A stretch of 64,000 bases of DNA from Acidobacteriota bacterium (GCA_040005235.1 JBDTZG010000004.1:64001-128000), one strand, 5' to 3'. Counted from the stretch's first letter, positions 39,690-50,800 are shown. Notes: generated by a model from the sequence alone, not told the origin. Translations and numbers: made by a program.

Positions 39690-40589
39690 CTATGAGGGGG
39701 TGCGCAGGGCTTCGTCTAACCCCAAGCTCTCGTCGATCCGGAACCAGCGATCGGCGGTGGCGATGCGAATTCTCTCACCGATCCGGTCTACCGTGCCCGG
39801 CGCGGGGCGTACCCCGCCGAAATCGGCCGCGATCTCCTCCTCAGGCTCTCCCGCGTGGATCTCCACCCGCTTGCCGTCGATCGTACCGAAAGCGCCCGGC
39901 CACGGGGGGGCCACGGCGCGCACCAGGCCATCCACCCGGGCGGCCGGCCACGACCAGTCGATGAGCCCGTCCTCCGGCCGGCGACGGCCCACTTTCGACG
40001 CCTTCGACTCGTCCTGGACGATCCGCGGCGCCGTGCCGGCGGCGACCTGGGGGAGCGCCTCGCGAAGCAGCTCGATGCCCGCCTGCTCAATCTCCAGGTA
40101 GAGCGAAAGGGCGGTGGCGCGTGGTGCGATCGGTACCGCCCGCTGGGCCACGATGTCCCCCGCATCGGCCCGGCGCGCCATGTGGTGGAGGGTGATCCCG
40201 GTTTCCCGTTCGCCATGGACGAGCGCCCAATTGATCGGAGCTCGGCCGCGATACGCGGGGAGGAGCGAAGGGTGAAGGTTAAGCGCCGCGATCTTCGCTG
40301 CGGCGAGAACCGAATCGGGAAGCAGGCTGCGATAGAAGACCGAGAGGATCAGATCGGGGGCGAGGTACGCGGCGAGCGTGGCTCCTGTGTCTCCCAGTTC
40401 CGCCATGTCTTCTGAGTAGACGATGCGCAACCCGTGCCTCACCGCGGCATCGGCCGGGGTCTTGTACCAGCGGTTCTCGTGCGGGTCATCGCGAGGGGTG
40501 ACGACCGCGAGCACCTCGTCGCCGCGCTCGACCAGCAATTCGACCGCCCGGTAGCCGATTTGGCTGTAGCCGAAGAAGAGGACCCTCAT
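39690..40589 (-). CDS. formyltransferase (ArnA N-terminal domain as a separate gene)
   Basis: NLHPSLLPAYRGRAPINW, ADAGDI and RAVAPPWPGAF motifs. Confidence 0.85.
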   Translation of the reverse strand: MRVLFFGYSQIGYRAVELLVERGDEVLAVVTPRDDPHENRWYKTPADAAVRHGLRIVYSEDMAELGDTGATLAAYLAPDLILSVFYRSLLPDSVLAAAKIAALNLHPSLLPAYRGRAPINWALVHGERETGITLHHMARRADAGDIVAQRAVPIAPRATALSLYLEIEQAGIELLREALPQVAAGTAPRIVQDESKASKVGRRRPEDGLIDWSWPAARVDGLVRAVAPPWPGAFGTIDGKRVEIHAGEPEEEIAADFGGVRPAPGTVDRIGERIRIATADRWFRIDESLGLDEALRTPS

Positions 40590-41563
40590 CGCGCGGTCAC
40601 GCCTTCTTTCGAGTCGAAATTGAGGGTTTCGACCACGACGCTCCGGGGGCGTTGGCGGACCTCGACGTAGATCCGACCGACGTATTCGCCGAGCACGCCC
40701 ATCGCCATGAACAGAAGCCCCATCAGAAAGAAGAGGATCGCAAACAACGTGAACAGCCCCTCGGCCTCGGGCCCGCGGATCAACCGGCGAATCCCGAGGA
40801 ACAGGCCGAACCCTGAAGAGAAGAAGGCGATCAGCAGGCCGGTCCAGGTCGCGAAACGGAGCGGCAGCGAAGAGAAACCGGTGATCAAATCCGCCTGAAG
40901 CTTGAACAGCTTCCACAGCGAATATTTGGAATCGCCGACCGTCCGCTCGGCGTGGCCCACCGGCACCTCGGCGATCCGCCGGGCGAACTGGCAGGCGAGC
41001 GCGGGCACGAATGACGACCGTTCCGGGCAGCGGCCCATCGCGTCGACCACCGGCCGCGAATAGGCGCGCAGCATGCAGCCGTAATCGCGGAAATCGACCC
41101 CCGGCATCACCCGCCGCATCATCCGATTGATCTGGCGCGAGGCGAAGCGGCGGAAGAAAGAATCCTTCCGCTCCACCCGGTAGCCGCCGACCACGTCGAA
41201 ACCTTCCTCGGCTTTGGCGAGCAGCTTCGGAATGTCCTCGGGGGGATTCTGCAAATCGGCGTCGAGGGTCACGACGACGTCGCCACGCGACGCTTCGAGA
41301 CCGCTAAGCACCGCGGCGTGCTGGCCGTAATTGCGGTTGAACGAGATGACCTTGATCCGGCGATCGGCGGCGGCGATCTCGCGCAAGATTGGGAGCGACC
41401 GGTCGGAGCTGCCATCGTCGACCAGGATCGCCTCGACGCCCGACTTGCCCGGAGGTTTTCGGGATTCGCTCTCAATGCTGTCGAGCACCGGCCGGAGCCG
41501 CTCGTAGAGCGACGGCAAGTTCCCCTCCTCGTTCCAAACCGGAATGACGACCGAAAGGCGCAT
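40586..41563 (-). CDS. arnC: undecaprenyl-phosphate glycosyltransferase (GT2, ArnC-like)
   Basis: VDDGSSD, RNYGQHAA, DADLQNPP and DYGCMLRAY motifs; two C-terminal TMs. Confidence 0.88.
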   Translation of the reverse strand: MRLSVVIPVWNEEGNLPSLYERLRPVLDSIESESRKPPGKSGVEAILVDDGSSDRSLPILREIAAADRRIKVISFNRNYGQHAAVLSGLEASRGDVVVTLDADLQNPPEDIPKLLAKAEEGFDVVGGYRVERKDSFFRRFASRQINRMMRRVMPGVDFRDYGCMLRAYSRPVVDAMGRCPERSSFVPALACQFARRIAEVPVGHAERTVGDSKYSLWKLFKLQADLITGFSSLPLRFATWTGLLIAFFSSGFGLFLGIRRLIRGPEAEGLFTLFAILFFLMGLLFMAMGVLGEYVGRIYVEVRQRPRSVVVETLNFDSKEGVTAR

Positions 41564-41605
41564 CGAAGATTCTGCCTGCAAGAACCGGCCCCGTTCCTTG
41601 GGGCT

Positions 41606-42802
41606 TTAGGCTCCCGCCTGCTCCACCGCGTCGCGCACCGCGGCGACGACGTCCTCGGCATCTTCGTCGGTCATCGTCGGGAACAGCGGCAGCGAGACGA
41701 TCCGCGAGCAGACCTCTTCGGCGACGGGGAAGCGCCCCTCGGAAAAGTGGTACCGCTCGCGATAGTAGGCGTGGAGATGAACCGCCTCGAAATGGAGCCC
41801 GGTGCCGATTCCAAGATCCTTCAACCGGGCCATGAACGGCGCCCGCTCCGGAGCCAAGACCGTGAACAGGTGCCAGGGGTGGACGTGAGCGTACGGGGCG
41901 GTCCCCGGCAGTCCGAGCCCGGGCAGGTCGGAAAGGCCGCGCCGGTAGATCGCGGCGATCTCCGCCCGGCGGGCGTTGAACCGAGCGAGCTTCCGCAGCT
42001 GGTGCAGGCCGACGGCGGCGTGGAGATCGGTCAGGTTGTACTTGAAGCCCGGAAGCACCACGTCGTAAGTGGCGGGCGCCTTTTCGGTCGCTGAGTACGC
42101 CTTCCAGGCGTCGCGCCGCACGCCATGAAAGCGCCAGAGTTTGATTCGGTCCGCCAATTCGGCGTCATCGGTCGTGATCATGCCTCCTTCGGCCGAGGTC
42201 ATGTTCTTGATCGGATGGAAAGAGAAACAGGCGGCCGTGGTGCCCAGCTTCGTGGTCGCCCCGATCGGCGTTCCCTTGTACTCAGACCCCGCGGCATGGG
42301 CGGCATCCTCGATGATCGCCACATCCTCCCGCCCGGCTTCTTTAAGGACCGCCCGGATCGCGTCCAGGTCCGCCGGCTGGCCGGCGAAATGGACGGGTAC
42401 CACCGCCTTGGTGCGCGGGGTAAGGGCGGCGGCGAACGACGCCGGATCGAGGTTCCAGGTCGAGCGATCGACGTCCGCGAAAATCGGAGTGGCACCGCAA
42501 GCGATCACCATGTTCGAGGTCGCGGGCCAGGTGAGCGCGGGAACCACCACCTCGTCTCCGGGCCCGTACCCAAGAGCCAGGAAAATGACGTGCAGCGCCC
42601 CCGTGCAGGACGAGAACGCGAGCGCATGCTCGGCGCCCGACATGGCGGCGAATTCCTTCTCCAACGTTGCGGTGATCGGCCCGGTCGTAATCCACCCCGA
42701 ACGCAGGCAGCGGACGACCTCGTCGATCTCTTCCTCGCCGATGTCGGGGCGCGAAAAAGGCAGGGGCGGGTTCTTCGGCAGCACCGGCGGAGCGTAGTTC
42801 AT
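41606..42802 (-). CDS. arnB: DegT/DnrJ family PLP aminotransferase (ArnB-like)
   Basis: SGWITTGP, IEDAAHA, FSFHPIKN and GFKYNLTD motifs. Confidence 0.88.
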   Translation of the reverse strand: MNYAPPVLPKNPPLPFSRPDIGEEEIDEVVRCLRSGWITTGPITATLEKEFAAMSGAEHALAFSSCTGALHVIFLALGYGPGDEVVVPALTWPATSNMVIACGATPIFADVDRSTWNLDPASFAAALTPRTKAVVPVHFAGQPADLDAIRAVLKEAGREDVAIIEDAAHAAGSEYKGTPIGATTKLGTTAACFSFHPIKNMTSAEGGMITTDDAELADRIKLWRFHGVRRDAWKAYSATEKAPATYDVVLPGFKYNLTDLHAAVGLHQLRKLARFNARRAEIAAIYRRGLSDLPGLGLPGTAPYAHVHPWHLFTVLAPERAPFMARLKDLGIGTGLHFEAVHLHAYYRERYHFSEGRFPVAEEVCSRIVSLPLFPTMTDEDAEDVVAAVRDAVEQAGA

Positions 42803-42868
42803 TCCCGGCCGACCCGCAAACTCCGGAAGGCCCCGGAAGGAACCTGCGATGCGATAGTTTTCGGCCCT

Positions 42869-44554
42869 ATGAGCGAACCCCTCAATGCCCCTTCGAGCCG
42901 GAAATCCTGGCTCTCCGATGTCCTTCTCCTGGTTCTCGTCTTCGCCGCCCTGCTCGGCCCCTCGATCGGCCGCCGCGCGCTCTGGGAGCCGGACGAGGGG
43001 CGCTACGCCGAGATCCCACGCGAAATGGTCGCGACCGGCGACTACCTGACCCCCAGGATCGACGGAATCAAATACTTCGAAAAGCCGCCCCTCGTCTATT
43101 GGGCCACGGCCGCCGCGATCCGAATCGCCGGCACCTCCGAAGCGGCGGTTCGTTCACCCATCGCCCTCTTCGCCCTGCTCGGAGGGATCGCCGTCTACAT
43201 CGCAGGCCGCCGCCTCTTCGGCCGAGCCGCGGGACTCTGGTCGGCGCTCGTCCTAGCCACCTCGCCCCTCTGGCTCGGCCTAGGCCAAGTCCTCTCGCTC
43301 GACATGCCGGTCTCGGCCCTCCTCACCGCCTCGCTCCTAGCCTTCCTCCTGGCCGTCCGCGAGCCCCCGGGCTGGAACCGCCGCCTGCTCCTCTGGGCCT
43401 TCTACGCCTTCGCTGCGCTCGCGGTCCTCTCCAAAGGACTGATCGGCGTCCTGATCCCCGCCCTGGTGATCGGAGCCTGGATCCTCCTCACCCGCCAATG
43501 GCGCCTGATCCCCGTGGCCCTCGCCCCCACCGGAATCCTCCTCTTCCTCGCCATCGCGGCCCCCTGGCACCTTCTCGCCGCGCAAGCCCACCCGGAGTTC
43601 GCCTGGTTCTACTTCGTCCACGAGCACTTCCAGCGCTACCTGACCCAAGTCCACAACCGCTACGAGCCCCCCTGGTACTTCGTCCCCGTCCTCCTGGGGG
43701 GCCTGCTGCCGTGGACCCTCTTCCTTCCGCAGGCCCTCAAATCCGCCTGGCGCTCGGAACCCACAGAGCGCAGACAAACCCTCTTCCTAGCCTTGTGGGC
43801 CGCGCTCGTCTTCGGCTTCTTTTCGCTTTCCGACTCGAAGTTGATGCCCTACGTCCTCCCCGCCGTGCCGCCGCTGGCACTCCTCGTCGGAAGGTGGATT
43901 GCGGGCGTCGAGTGGGCGACTCAGCAACCCGGTCGCTCCCCGCTCCGCGCGGCGCTTTGGGTTCTCCTGCCCTTGGGGCTGATCCTCGCCTTGGCAGTAG
44001 CCTTCTGGCCCACGCCGACCGAAGGCACCAAAGACCGCGCCTTCCTCGATCTGCTCGGGGCTTACCGCCCCGCCCTGGCGATCTGCTTCGCCTTCATTGC
44101 CCTCGCGCCCTTCATCCTTGACCGCCTCGGCCAACGACGGGCTGGCATCGCCGCGCTGGTCCTAGGCAACGCCTTCCTCTTCACTACCCTGGGCGCGCTG
44201 GCCCCCCGCTTCGACGCCTACCGCTCGACGAAGCCCCTCGTCGAGGCTCTTTTGCCCCAGCTCCAACCCGGAGACGAAGTGGCGAGCTACCACTTCTACC
44301 CTCACACCCTCGCTTACTACTTGGGGCGCCGGATCACCATCGTTGGCTACACGGGGGAATTGGAATTCGGGGCTCGCCACGACGACACGACAGGCTGGGT
44401 GATTGGCGATTCGGAGTTCTGGCGGAGATGGAATGGGGCGGGGAGGGTGTTTGTGGTGGTGGACATGCAGCATAAAAAGCCCCTGCCGGTTGAGCTGGAG
44501 GGGGCGAGGGTGGTGGGGGAGGGGGGGATGTTTCGGGTAGTGATGAATCGGTGA
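42869..44554 (+). CDS. arnT: ArnT-like lipid-linked aminoarabinose transferase (GT83)
   Basis: PDEGRYAEI.REM, YFEKPPL, LSKG, EHFQRY and GELEFG motifs; divergent from arnB. Confidence 0.88.
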   Translation: MSEPLNAPSSRKSWLSDVLLLVLVFAALLGPSIGRRALWEPDEGRYAEIPREMVATGDYLTPRIDGIKYFEKPPLVYWATAAAIRIAGTSEAAVRSPIALFALLGGIAVYIAGRRLFGRAAGLWSALVLATSPLWLGLGQVLSLDMPVSALLTASLLAFLLAVREPPGWNRRLLLWAFYAFAALAVLSKGLIGVLIPALVIGAWILLTRQWRLIPVALAPTGILLFLAIAAPWHLLAAQAHPEFAWFYFVHEHFQRYLTQVHNRYEPPWYFVPVLLGGLLPWTLFLPQALKSAWRSEPTERRQTLFLALWAALVFGFFSLSDSKLMPYVLPAVPPLALLVGRWIAGVEWATQQPGRSPLRAALWVLLPLGLILALAVAFWPTPTEGTKDRAFLDLLGAYRPALAICFAFIALAPFILDRLGQRRAGIAALVLGNAFLFTTLGALAPRFDAYRSTKPLVEALLPQLQPGDEVASYHFYPHTLAYYLGRRITIVGYTGELEFGARHDDTTGWVIGDSEFWRRWNGAGRVFVVVDMQHKKPLPVELEGARVVGEGGMFRVVMNR

Positions 44555-44601
44555 GAGGGGAAACCTCTGATTTCGCCGAGTTGTCCTACCAGGCCGGCGC
44601 G

Positions 44602-46800
44602 TCAAGAACTCGGACGCTTGGGCAGGCCGAGTTTTTCAACCCACCGCCGGTCGAGGTGGTAAAGCTCTTTTGGCTCGCCGTTGTCGTTCTCGTAGGCCTT
44701 CTTATAGCCTTCGAGAAGCCGAACGTGATCGGCCGAGTTGAAAAGATCTTCGGCCACGAGCCAAAGCCGATCCCCTGAGTATCTCTCGACGAGGCAGCGC
44801 GCCCCCAGTTCGTCCGCTGCACTTTCTAAAGCATTCTTCAAGCCAAGGAAGCCCGTCGGCCATGGAAAGTCCTGTGGAACGAGGGCTAGGAGGAAGGCAC
44901 GGCGCCGCGGCCTTGGCTCAGGATCTCCGAATACGGACTCCCGAAGGCCTCGCACAACTTGCAGCAGGTATTCCTCCCAACGCACGACCCGAGAGGTCGC
45001 TTTCGGGATCTCATAGCCGGGAACCGTTTCAGGGTCTTTTTCGCTGGAACCCGGCGCCTGGGAAGAACCAGATCCGGCTTCTTCCGACGAAACCCGGACT
45101 GAAGAGACTCCGCGCTCTTGGTCACGGAGCGCGCGCGCATAGTTTTCAAGAGCACTGTGGAGCCCGTCCCTGAACTCGGAGCGATCAACGACATTGTTAA
45201 AGGCATTGCAGCGCTCTTCGAGCGGCAGTGGCCGACGGCTCCCCAGAGATATCGCCCGCCAGAAACGCGCCCAGAGACTCGGCTGGCGTGCGGTGGCCCT
45301 ACGAAGCGCCTCCCAATGCGCGAGAAGCTGCAACATGGCCGCGGAATTGGACTCGGGTGGCGCTGGCGAATTTCCTAAAGGCAGATCCGCTTCGATCGGG
45401 AGTTTCAGGAAATCTTCGCTGGCCTTTCGGATTCTTTCCTTCGCCCCGATAGCGCGGAACGCCTCATGGGTTGCCAGAGCCTCTGGATCCACCGACCACT
45501 TCTGAGTACTGCCGGTCCCTGAGATTACGATTATGTCTTCCAGGCCGCTAAGTTCGCGCACATCTCCCTCGGTGGCAAACCGAATCTCGCGGAAACGGGC
45601 GCCAAGCCCCCTAAGCCTTTTCTGAATCTCACCTTGTATTGCGGAACCTAACTCATCGGTCTCACGCCGGACGGCCAAGCGCCAGCGGACCTCATGCGTC
45701 GGGTCGGCCACCGTTTCAGCCGGAGCTCGGGCATCGGTAGGGTCCTCTTTGTTCGTCTGTGGAGCGGAACCTGTATCGGTTCGAGAGGTTCCTTGCGGCA
45801 TCCCCTGTGCCAATGAAGCTTCGGTTTCTTGCAGCTCCAAGGCCGAAAAGTCTTCTCGAAAGAGCCACCGGGCCGCTGCAGCCCCGAAAGCCTCGGGAGC
45901 GAGCACTCGCCGCGTTTCCTCATCCGCGAGTCGCGCCATGCCCTGAACTGCGCAGATCGTTGCGCGCTGAACTTGGGTATCGAGCTGCGCGACGATGGCC
46001 CGAGCTGTGCGTCGAACGATGTCGCCCAACGCATCGCAGCGTTCCACTTCACCAAACAGAAAGCTGCGCGCGAACAACTCTCGGCGCGAGACCGCCGCTC
46101 TGATCGAGGGGATGCGTTCAAATTGAGCCTCGAATTCGATATTTCCCGCCCGCAGAGCCGTGATCTCTTGGAGTGCGGCATAGGTGTTGGCCTCAAGCCG
46201 ATTCGAGAAGTCGTGGTCCGAAAAGGCACCTGGAAGCGCAAAATAGCCAAGAATAAATGCCGTCCCGTCAAGACGTCGCGTAAGGTGCGCCACGTCGAGG
46301 AGCATCCCAGAGCCCGATCCTCCGCCCAGCGAGGTCACCAGCGCCACCCGCATACTGGTTTCCGGATCGGGTGCGGGGCTGGCGCAGCGAGCGCGAAATA
46401 TGCCCCTCTTGATAGACCTCTCGACACTCTCATCGGCGGCAAACAGTCCAAGGCGGCCGAGTGGACGGTAGCGCCGCGCTCCGGAAGGCTCTAGAGCATC
46501 AATGAGCTGGAACGATTTTCCCTCGGGAAACCAGGGAAGCAAATCGCGCCATCCCGAACGCCCCTCTTCATTCAGGCCGAGCTGCTCGAGAATCTCTGTG
46601 GCCTTTCGTGACGGTAAGTGTAGCCACTCCTCTGCGCCGAGCACGTTCCCTGGATCGCCGAGGGGCTTAGACTGATCGATCACCAGAAACGCCGTGGGCA
46701 CGCGCGAAAAGGATGCCATTTTCTCGAGAGACTTCTTTACTTCCACCGCAACCGAAGCGCCAAAGCCGCCGAGACCGAGTACTAGAGTCGGAGTTGTCAT
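44602..46800 (-). CDS. tubulin/FtsZ-like GTPase (Tubulin_2/FtsZ-like family), paralog B
   Basis: LVLGLGGFG, GARRYRPLGRL, SLGGGSGSG (T4-loop-like) and ANTYAALQEI motifs; C-terminal EDLFN..DH...ELYHLDRRW. Confidence 0.85.
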   Translation of the reverse strand: MTTPTLVLGLGGFGASVAVEVKKSLEKMASFSRVPTAFLVIDQSKPLGDPGNVLGAEEWLHLPSRKATEILEQLGLNEEGRSGWRDLLPWFPEGKSFQLIDALEPSGARRYRPLGRLGLFAADESVERSIKRGIFRARCASPAPDPETSMRVALVTSLGGGSGSGMLLDVAHLTRRLDGTAFILGYFALPGAFSDHDFSNRLEANTYAALQEITALRAGNIEFEAQFERIPSIRAAVSRRELFARSFLFGEVERCDALGDIVRRTARAIVAQLDTQVQRATICAVQGMARLADEETRRVLAPEAFGAAAARWLFREDFSALELQETEASLAQGMPQGTSRTDTGSAPQTNKEDPTDARAPAETVADPTHEVRWRLAVRRETDELGSAIQGEIQKRLRGLGARFREIRFATEGDVRELSGLEDIIVISGTGSTQKWSVDPEALATHEAFRAIGAKERIRKASEDFLKLPIEADLPLGNSPAPPESNSAAMLQLLAHWEALRRATARQPSLWARFWRAISLGSRRPLPLEERCNAFNNVVDRSEFRDGLHSALENYARALRDQERGVSSVRVSSEEAGSGSSQAPGSSEKDPETVPGYEIPKATSRVVRWEEYLLQVVRGLRESVFGDPEPRPRRRAFLLALVPQDFPWPTGFLGLKNALESAADELGARCLVERYSGDRLWLVAEDLFNSADHVRLLEGYKKAYENDNGEPKELYHLDRRWVEKLGLPKRPSS

Positions 46801-46937
46801 GATTCATTCCTTTCCGAAAGTTCCTTGCTGCGGCCTCTCCCACAACTCCCAAGGTGGCCGCCCGAGCAATTCAGTGTCCGGGTACAGACGTCTTGCGTCC
46901 TTGAAGGCAGGCAAAAACGAGGCTCAGCTACAATTCC

Positions 46938-47852
46938 TTACTGCCTCTCTGGGCCATGCTGACGTTGAAAGCTCTCGATGAGGTGCCGAGTTCGTCCTTC
47001 GAGAATCTTGCGAACGACTGGATCATGAGTACCTCCGACGAGCACTCCAGTTACTCGTGAGAGGAGCTCATGGTTGTAGCTGGCCAGACGAAAAATCGAA
47101 GCTTCAACCGAAGACTGATCGAGCACCTCTTGAATCAAGGCGTGGCCGACCACGACGAGTACGCGATAGTCGTCGGACTCGAGCCATTCGTCGGATGCTC
47201 CGTCGTACTGGGGCACGACAATCTCATCCGAATCCTTCACGCGGTGATCGCGGCGACCACAAAGGAGGCATGGTTCGGCGGGGGCCGATTGAAAACCAGC
47301 CGGAAGTTCTGGCGGAATTATGGAATCCTTCACCCGTTGCTTCTTTAAACTCTCGGAGCTGAAGCAAGCATGACAGAATAGGCACTTCTCCAATCGGGCA
47401 AGAAACGACCTTACTGCGAGCGGCTTAAGCGTCGCGTGTTCACAGATCGGACAGCGGCTTGCGCCGCGCGGCAGAAGGGCGAATTCTCCAGTAGGGAGGA
47501 GGAGCCCGCCCACGGGGCAGCCAAAAATGTTGGTGCAGAAGGAGTCGTCGAGCTCGCTGTGCTTTCGAATCCCAAAAGGCGACCTGCGCACTCCGCAGAC
47601 CGTACAGATCTTGATCTCGGTCTCGGGATCCGGGTCGTGGAGCGGCGATCGGACATGGCGAATAGCATTACAGCACGGGCAGTTTTCAAGCTCGCGACGG
47701 CAACGCGGGCAGCGCGACTGGTCAGCTAGGATCGGATAGCCACAGTGGCCGCAAGCCGTCTCGTAGCGGATCTCCTGATCTGCCTTTGCCGAGGCGCAAA
47801 GGAAGACGTTGCCGCCCGCGCGCCGAAAGAGGTAGCTCAGTGCGTGGGGCAT
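46938..47852 (-). CDS. multi-zinc-ribbon Cys-rich protein
   Basis: CGHC, CPRC, CPCC, CTVC, CPIC, CLFC and CLLC pairs; GAGGAG RBS; start overlaps the upstream gene end. Confidence 0.75.
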   Translation of the reverse strand: MPHALSYLFRRAGGNVFLCASAKADQEIRYETACGHCGYPILADQSRCPRCRRELENCPCCNAIRHVRSPLHDPDPETEIKICTVCGVRRSPFGIRKHSELDDSFCTNIFGCPVGGLLLPTGEFALLPRGASRCPICEHATLKPLAVRSFLARLEKCLFCHACFSSESLKKQRVKDSIIPPELPAGFQSAPAEPCLLCGRRDHRVKDSDEIVVPQYDGASDEWLESDDYRVLVVVGHALIQEVLDQSSVEASIFRLASYNHELLSRVTGVLVGGTHDPVVRKILEGRTRHLIESFQRQHGPERQ

Positions 47853-50800
47853 TTGAGCTCCTCTCCGGTGCAACAGTTTCGTCCCGTCGCGTGGTCGACC
47901 GGAATCAGCAACGTTCTACAGTTTGGGCAACGTACATTGTCAGGGAGTCCGTGATGGGCCGCTAACATTTTAAACTTTTCGGAGTCGTGCCCATTGACGC
48001 CGTCGAGATAGAAGCAGATGAGGTCCGCGGGCACTCGGAAGGTCTCATGGCTGCGATCTTTTTCATGGAGGTCTTCACAATTTGGACAGAACAATGCCTC
48101 GCGCACGTCCGGTCGCTTCCCGATCCGTGATTTTGGGAAGGCAATCGGGTCGCGCCGATGCTCTTCGATGCAGCGGGGGCAAAGCTCTTTGTCGATCGAG
48201 ATCTCTTCGGGAATCTCGCCGTGCCGACAGCAGGTCCACCACTCGGCATGGTTAAAGCCCTGGCAGAACGGGCAGCTTTTGTCCTGGCGCCGCGGATCCT
48301 TATGGAGTTCACTGGCTGTGCAATCAGGATTTCCGCATCGCGAACGGATGGGCCGGTGACAACCCGGGCAGTTCCGAGTATCCCTTGGTACATTGGCAAT
48401 GCCGTAGGAACAAGCGTCGTTGCCGCAGGTCACCGCGGCGGCTGAAACCGTGGTGCGAATATCTAGAAACTCCCGCAGCTTCAAGAAGCGACGATCAATG
48501 TGGTAAAGCTCAACGAATTCGGAGGCCTGATACGACTGATAGTAGTCCTCAATGTTGCGTATGTGGTCTGGAGGGTTGAAGAGATCCTCGGTATAGATCC
48601 AGATCCGCGAGCCGTGGTACCACTGGACCTGCACCTGACTATCAAGAATCTGGGCAGCGCTTGCCTTAATAAACTTAAGGAGATGATCCGCATCTTTCCC
48701 TGGCCATACCAGTCCTTTTGGCACCATGATGAATGCGAATCCCACGCGGAGGACATTCGGTGTCCGCCTCTCAAAGACGCTCTGTCGGCACCGTACGAGT
48801 GCTTCGCGCAGGCGAGCTTGGGCATCTTTTTCATTCAGTTCAAGGATCATGTGATCGCCACTTAGGCCTTGGTCCTGGCCGATTCGTTCTTGGACCAAAT
48901 CGAAAAGGCGTTGCCTCAGGACCTCTGGATCCTTCTCCGACGCGAATGTTCGGGCGCCCTCAAGAAGGGAGGGAAGCTTAGTGCGGAGGACTTCGAGTGC
49001 AATCGAGAGGAGAGGTTCAGTTAACTGGTAGAGCTTTGCGATCGGCGCAAGCTCGGCCTCGGGCACCCTTTCCCAGACTTCCTTTCCAGGAAGAGACTGT
49101 TCCGTTTCCTCAAGAGCTCTCCTGAGGGTCTCGCGAAGTTCCTTTATTGCCCGGACACGCAGAGTGGAATCCAAGCAACCCTGGACCGACGTATCGGCTA
49201 GGCCTGCTTGAACCTCGGGCAATGCTCGCCGAGATGCAATCATCTGATTGACCTTTGGCGACTTAGAGGGACGCCACCATCGCCTCTTCTGGTGACTGCT
49301 CAAGCGCGCTAACGCGTTTTCCCATCGCTTGCGGATTTCGGTAAGTGCCTCGGTGGTCTGCGGGAAGGGATAAAAGAAAAGCCGTGGATCATCAAGAAGT
49401 CCCTTCAGAAATCCCCGACGGGCAAGGGCACTCTCTCCCAATGAGGTGAGTGCGGCGCGGACGTGTGTGCGAACCTCGTCTCTGATTCCAGCGTCAAATT
49501 GATCGAAGGCGGACGGTAGTACTTGTCTCTTCTCCCCTGGCTCTAAGGTAGGAATGGGCGCAGTGAGAACTCGGAACAAATCCAACTTGCGGCTATAGAT
49601 CTTATCATCGGCGCTGAATTCAGAAAACGCCAGCTCGCCGAACTGTTTGAGTCGCTCGATCGACGCATTGACTTCGTCGGAATGTCCGCCGCGTAGTCGC
49701 TGGTCTATCCAAGCGAGCTGTTGCTCCAGGCCCTTGAAAATCTGCTCCTTCGCCTCATTTGCGTGGCGTTCTATGCGGCCTCGCCACTGCCGAATGAGTC
49801 TTCGGTGACTAGTATCATCAGACTGAGTGTCACCACTAGGTTTGAGATCCTCTTCACCCTCTCTTGGATCGACCGAGGTGATGGAGCCTGCTCGCATCAC
49901 CTCCATCATCGAGCGATTGGTTGCTTCGATCTTCGGCGCGAAGATTTGGGCCAGGAAGGAGGGTTGTTTTAGTGCTCGAAGTGCACTGTCGAAGAGTACC
50001 TCGTCGAGGTTCTCGATGGGTACGAGCGGTACGAACTGGCTACCAGAGGTACTAAAGCAGTGGGATCTCTTGCGACCTTGCTCCGTTAGCGCATCTCCCG
50101 AAACGACGTTTGCTGCGACCGAAAGCGTCTTGAGCTGAATGTCTCTCTGCAGTTGGCCCAGGATCGACTCGGCTATTCGCACGTTGGCGGCGAGAATCGG
50201 ATCGGTGCCGCAGAAGCCCTGGCTCGGACAAAGGAAAATGCGAGAAAAGGGTGCCTCACCGTGGACTGGAATGTCGAGGGGTGGAAGGTGGAAGTACCGC
50301 GCCTGAATCGGAATCTGCTGGTCCTTCAGATAACACAGCTCGCGGATACAGGCATATGCGTTCTGAAGGATTCGGCCGCCGTTGTCGACGTCCTGAAAGA
50401 CCTCGGGTAACATCAGGTAGCCGAAGACACGTGGCCGCCCCATCTGGCGCCTTGCGAGGTAGGCCATGTCGACGAGCATTCCGGCGCCCGTCCCTCCCGC
50501 AATCGAACCGACCAAGATGACTCGCTTGTCTTCAGAGAGCCGAACCGAGTCAACTTCACCGCCGATTTCGTGAAGCTTCGCTCGCACGGTTCTGCCGAGG
50601 GACTCGTCATTAAGGAAGAAACCGAGACGGCCGAGGACACGAAGCTGACTCGCTCCGTTGGCTTCGACTTCGCTGACCGGGATCGTGACGCGCTCAGGGA
50701 ACCAGTCAAGCACGTTTGCCCATGCGGGCTGATCGCCATGGACGCGATCGAGGTGGCGAAGCGCATCCTGGATCGTGCGGGGGTTAAGGAAAAGAAACTC

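Noticed and set aside
42125-42868. Long N-terminal extensions in the ORF track (arnT from 42125, also the 59157, 40916, 33590 and 26865 starts)
   Set aside because: They overlap neighbouring genes or repeats; downstream ATGs with RBS or stop-start coupling fit better
43200-44554. Strong C-rich to G-rich compositional switch along arnT
   Set aside because: Could reflect 3'-end replacement at the island edge, but hydrophobic codon bias may explain it and it cannot be quantified by eye
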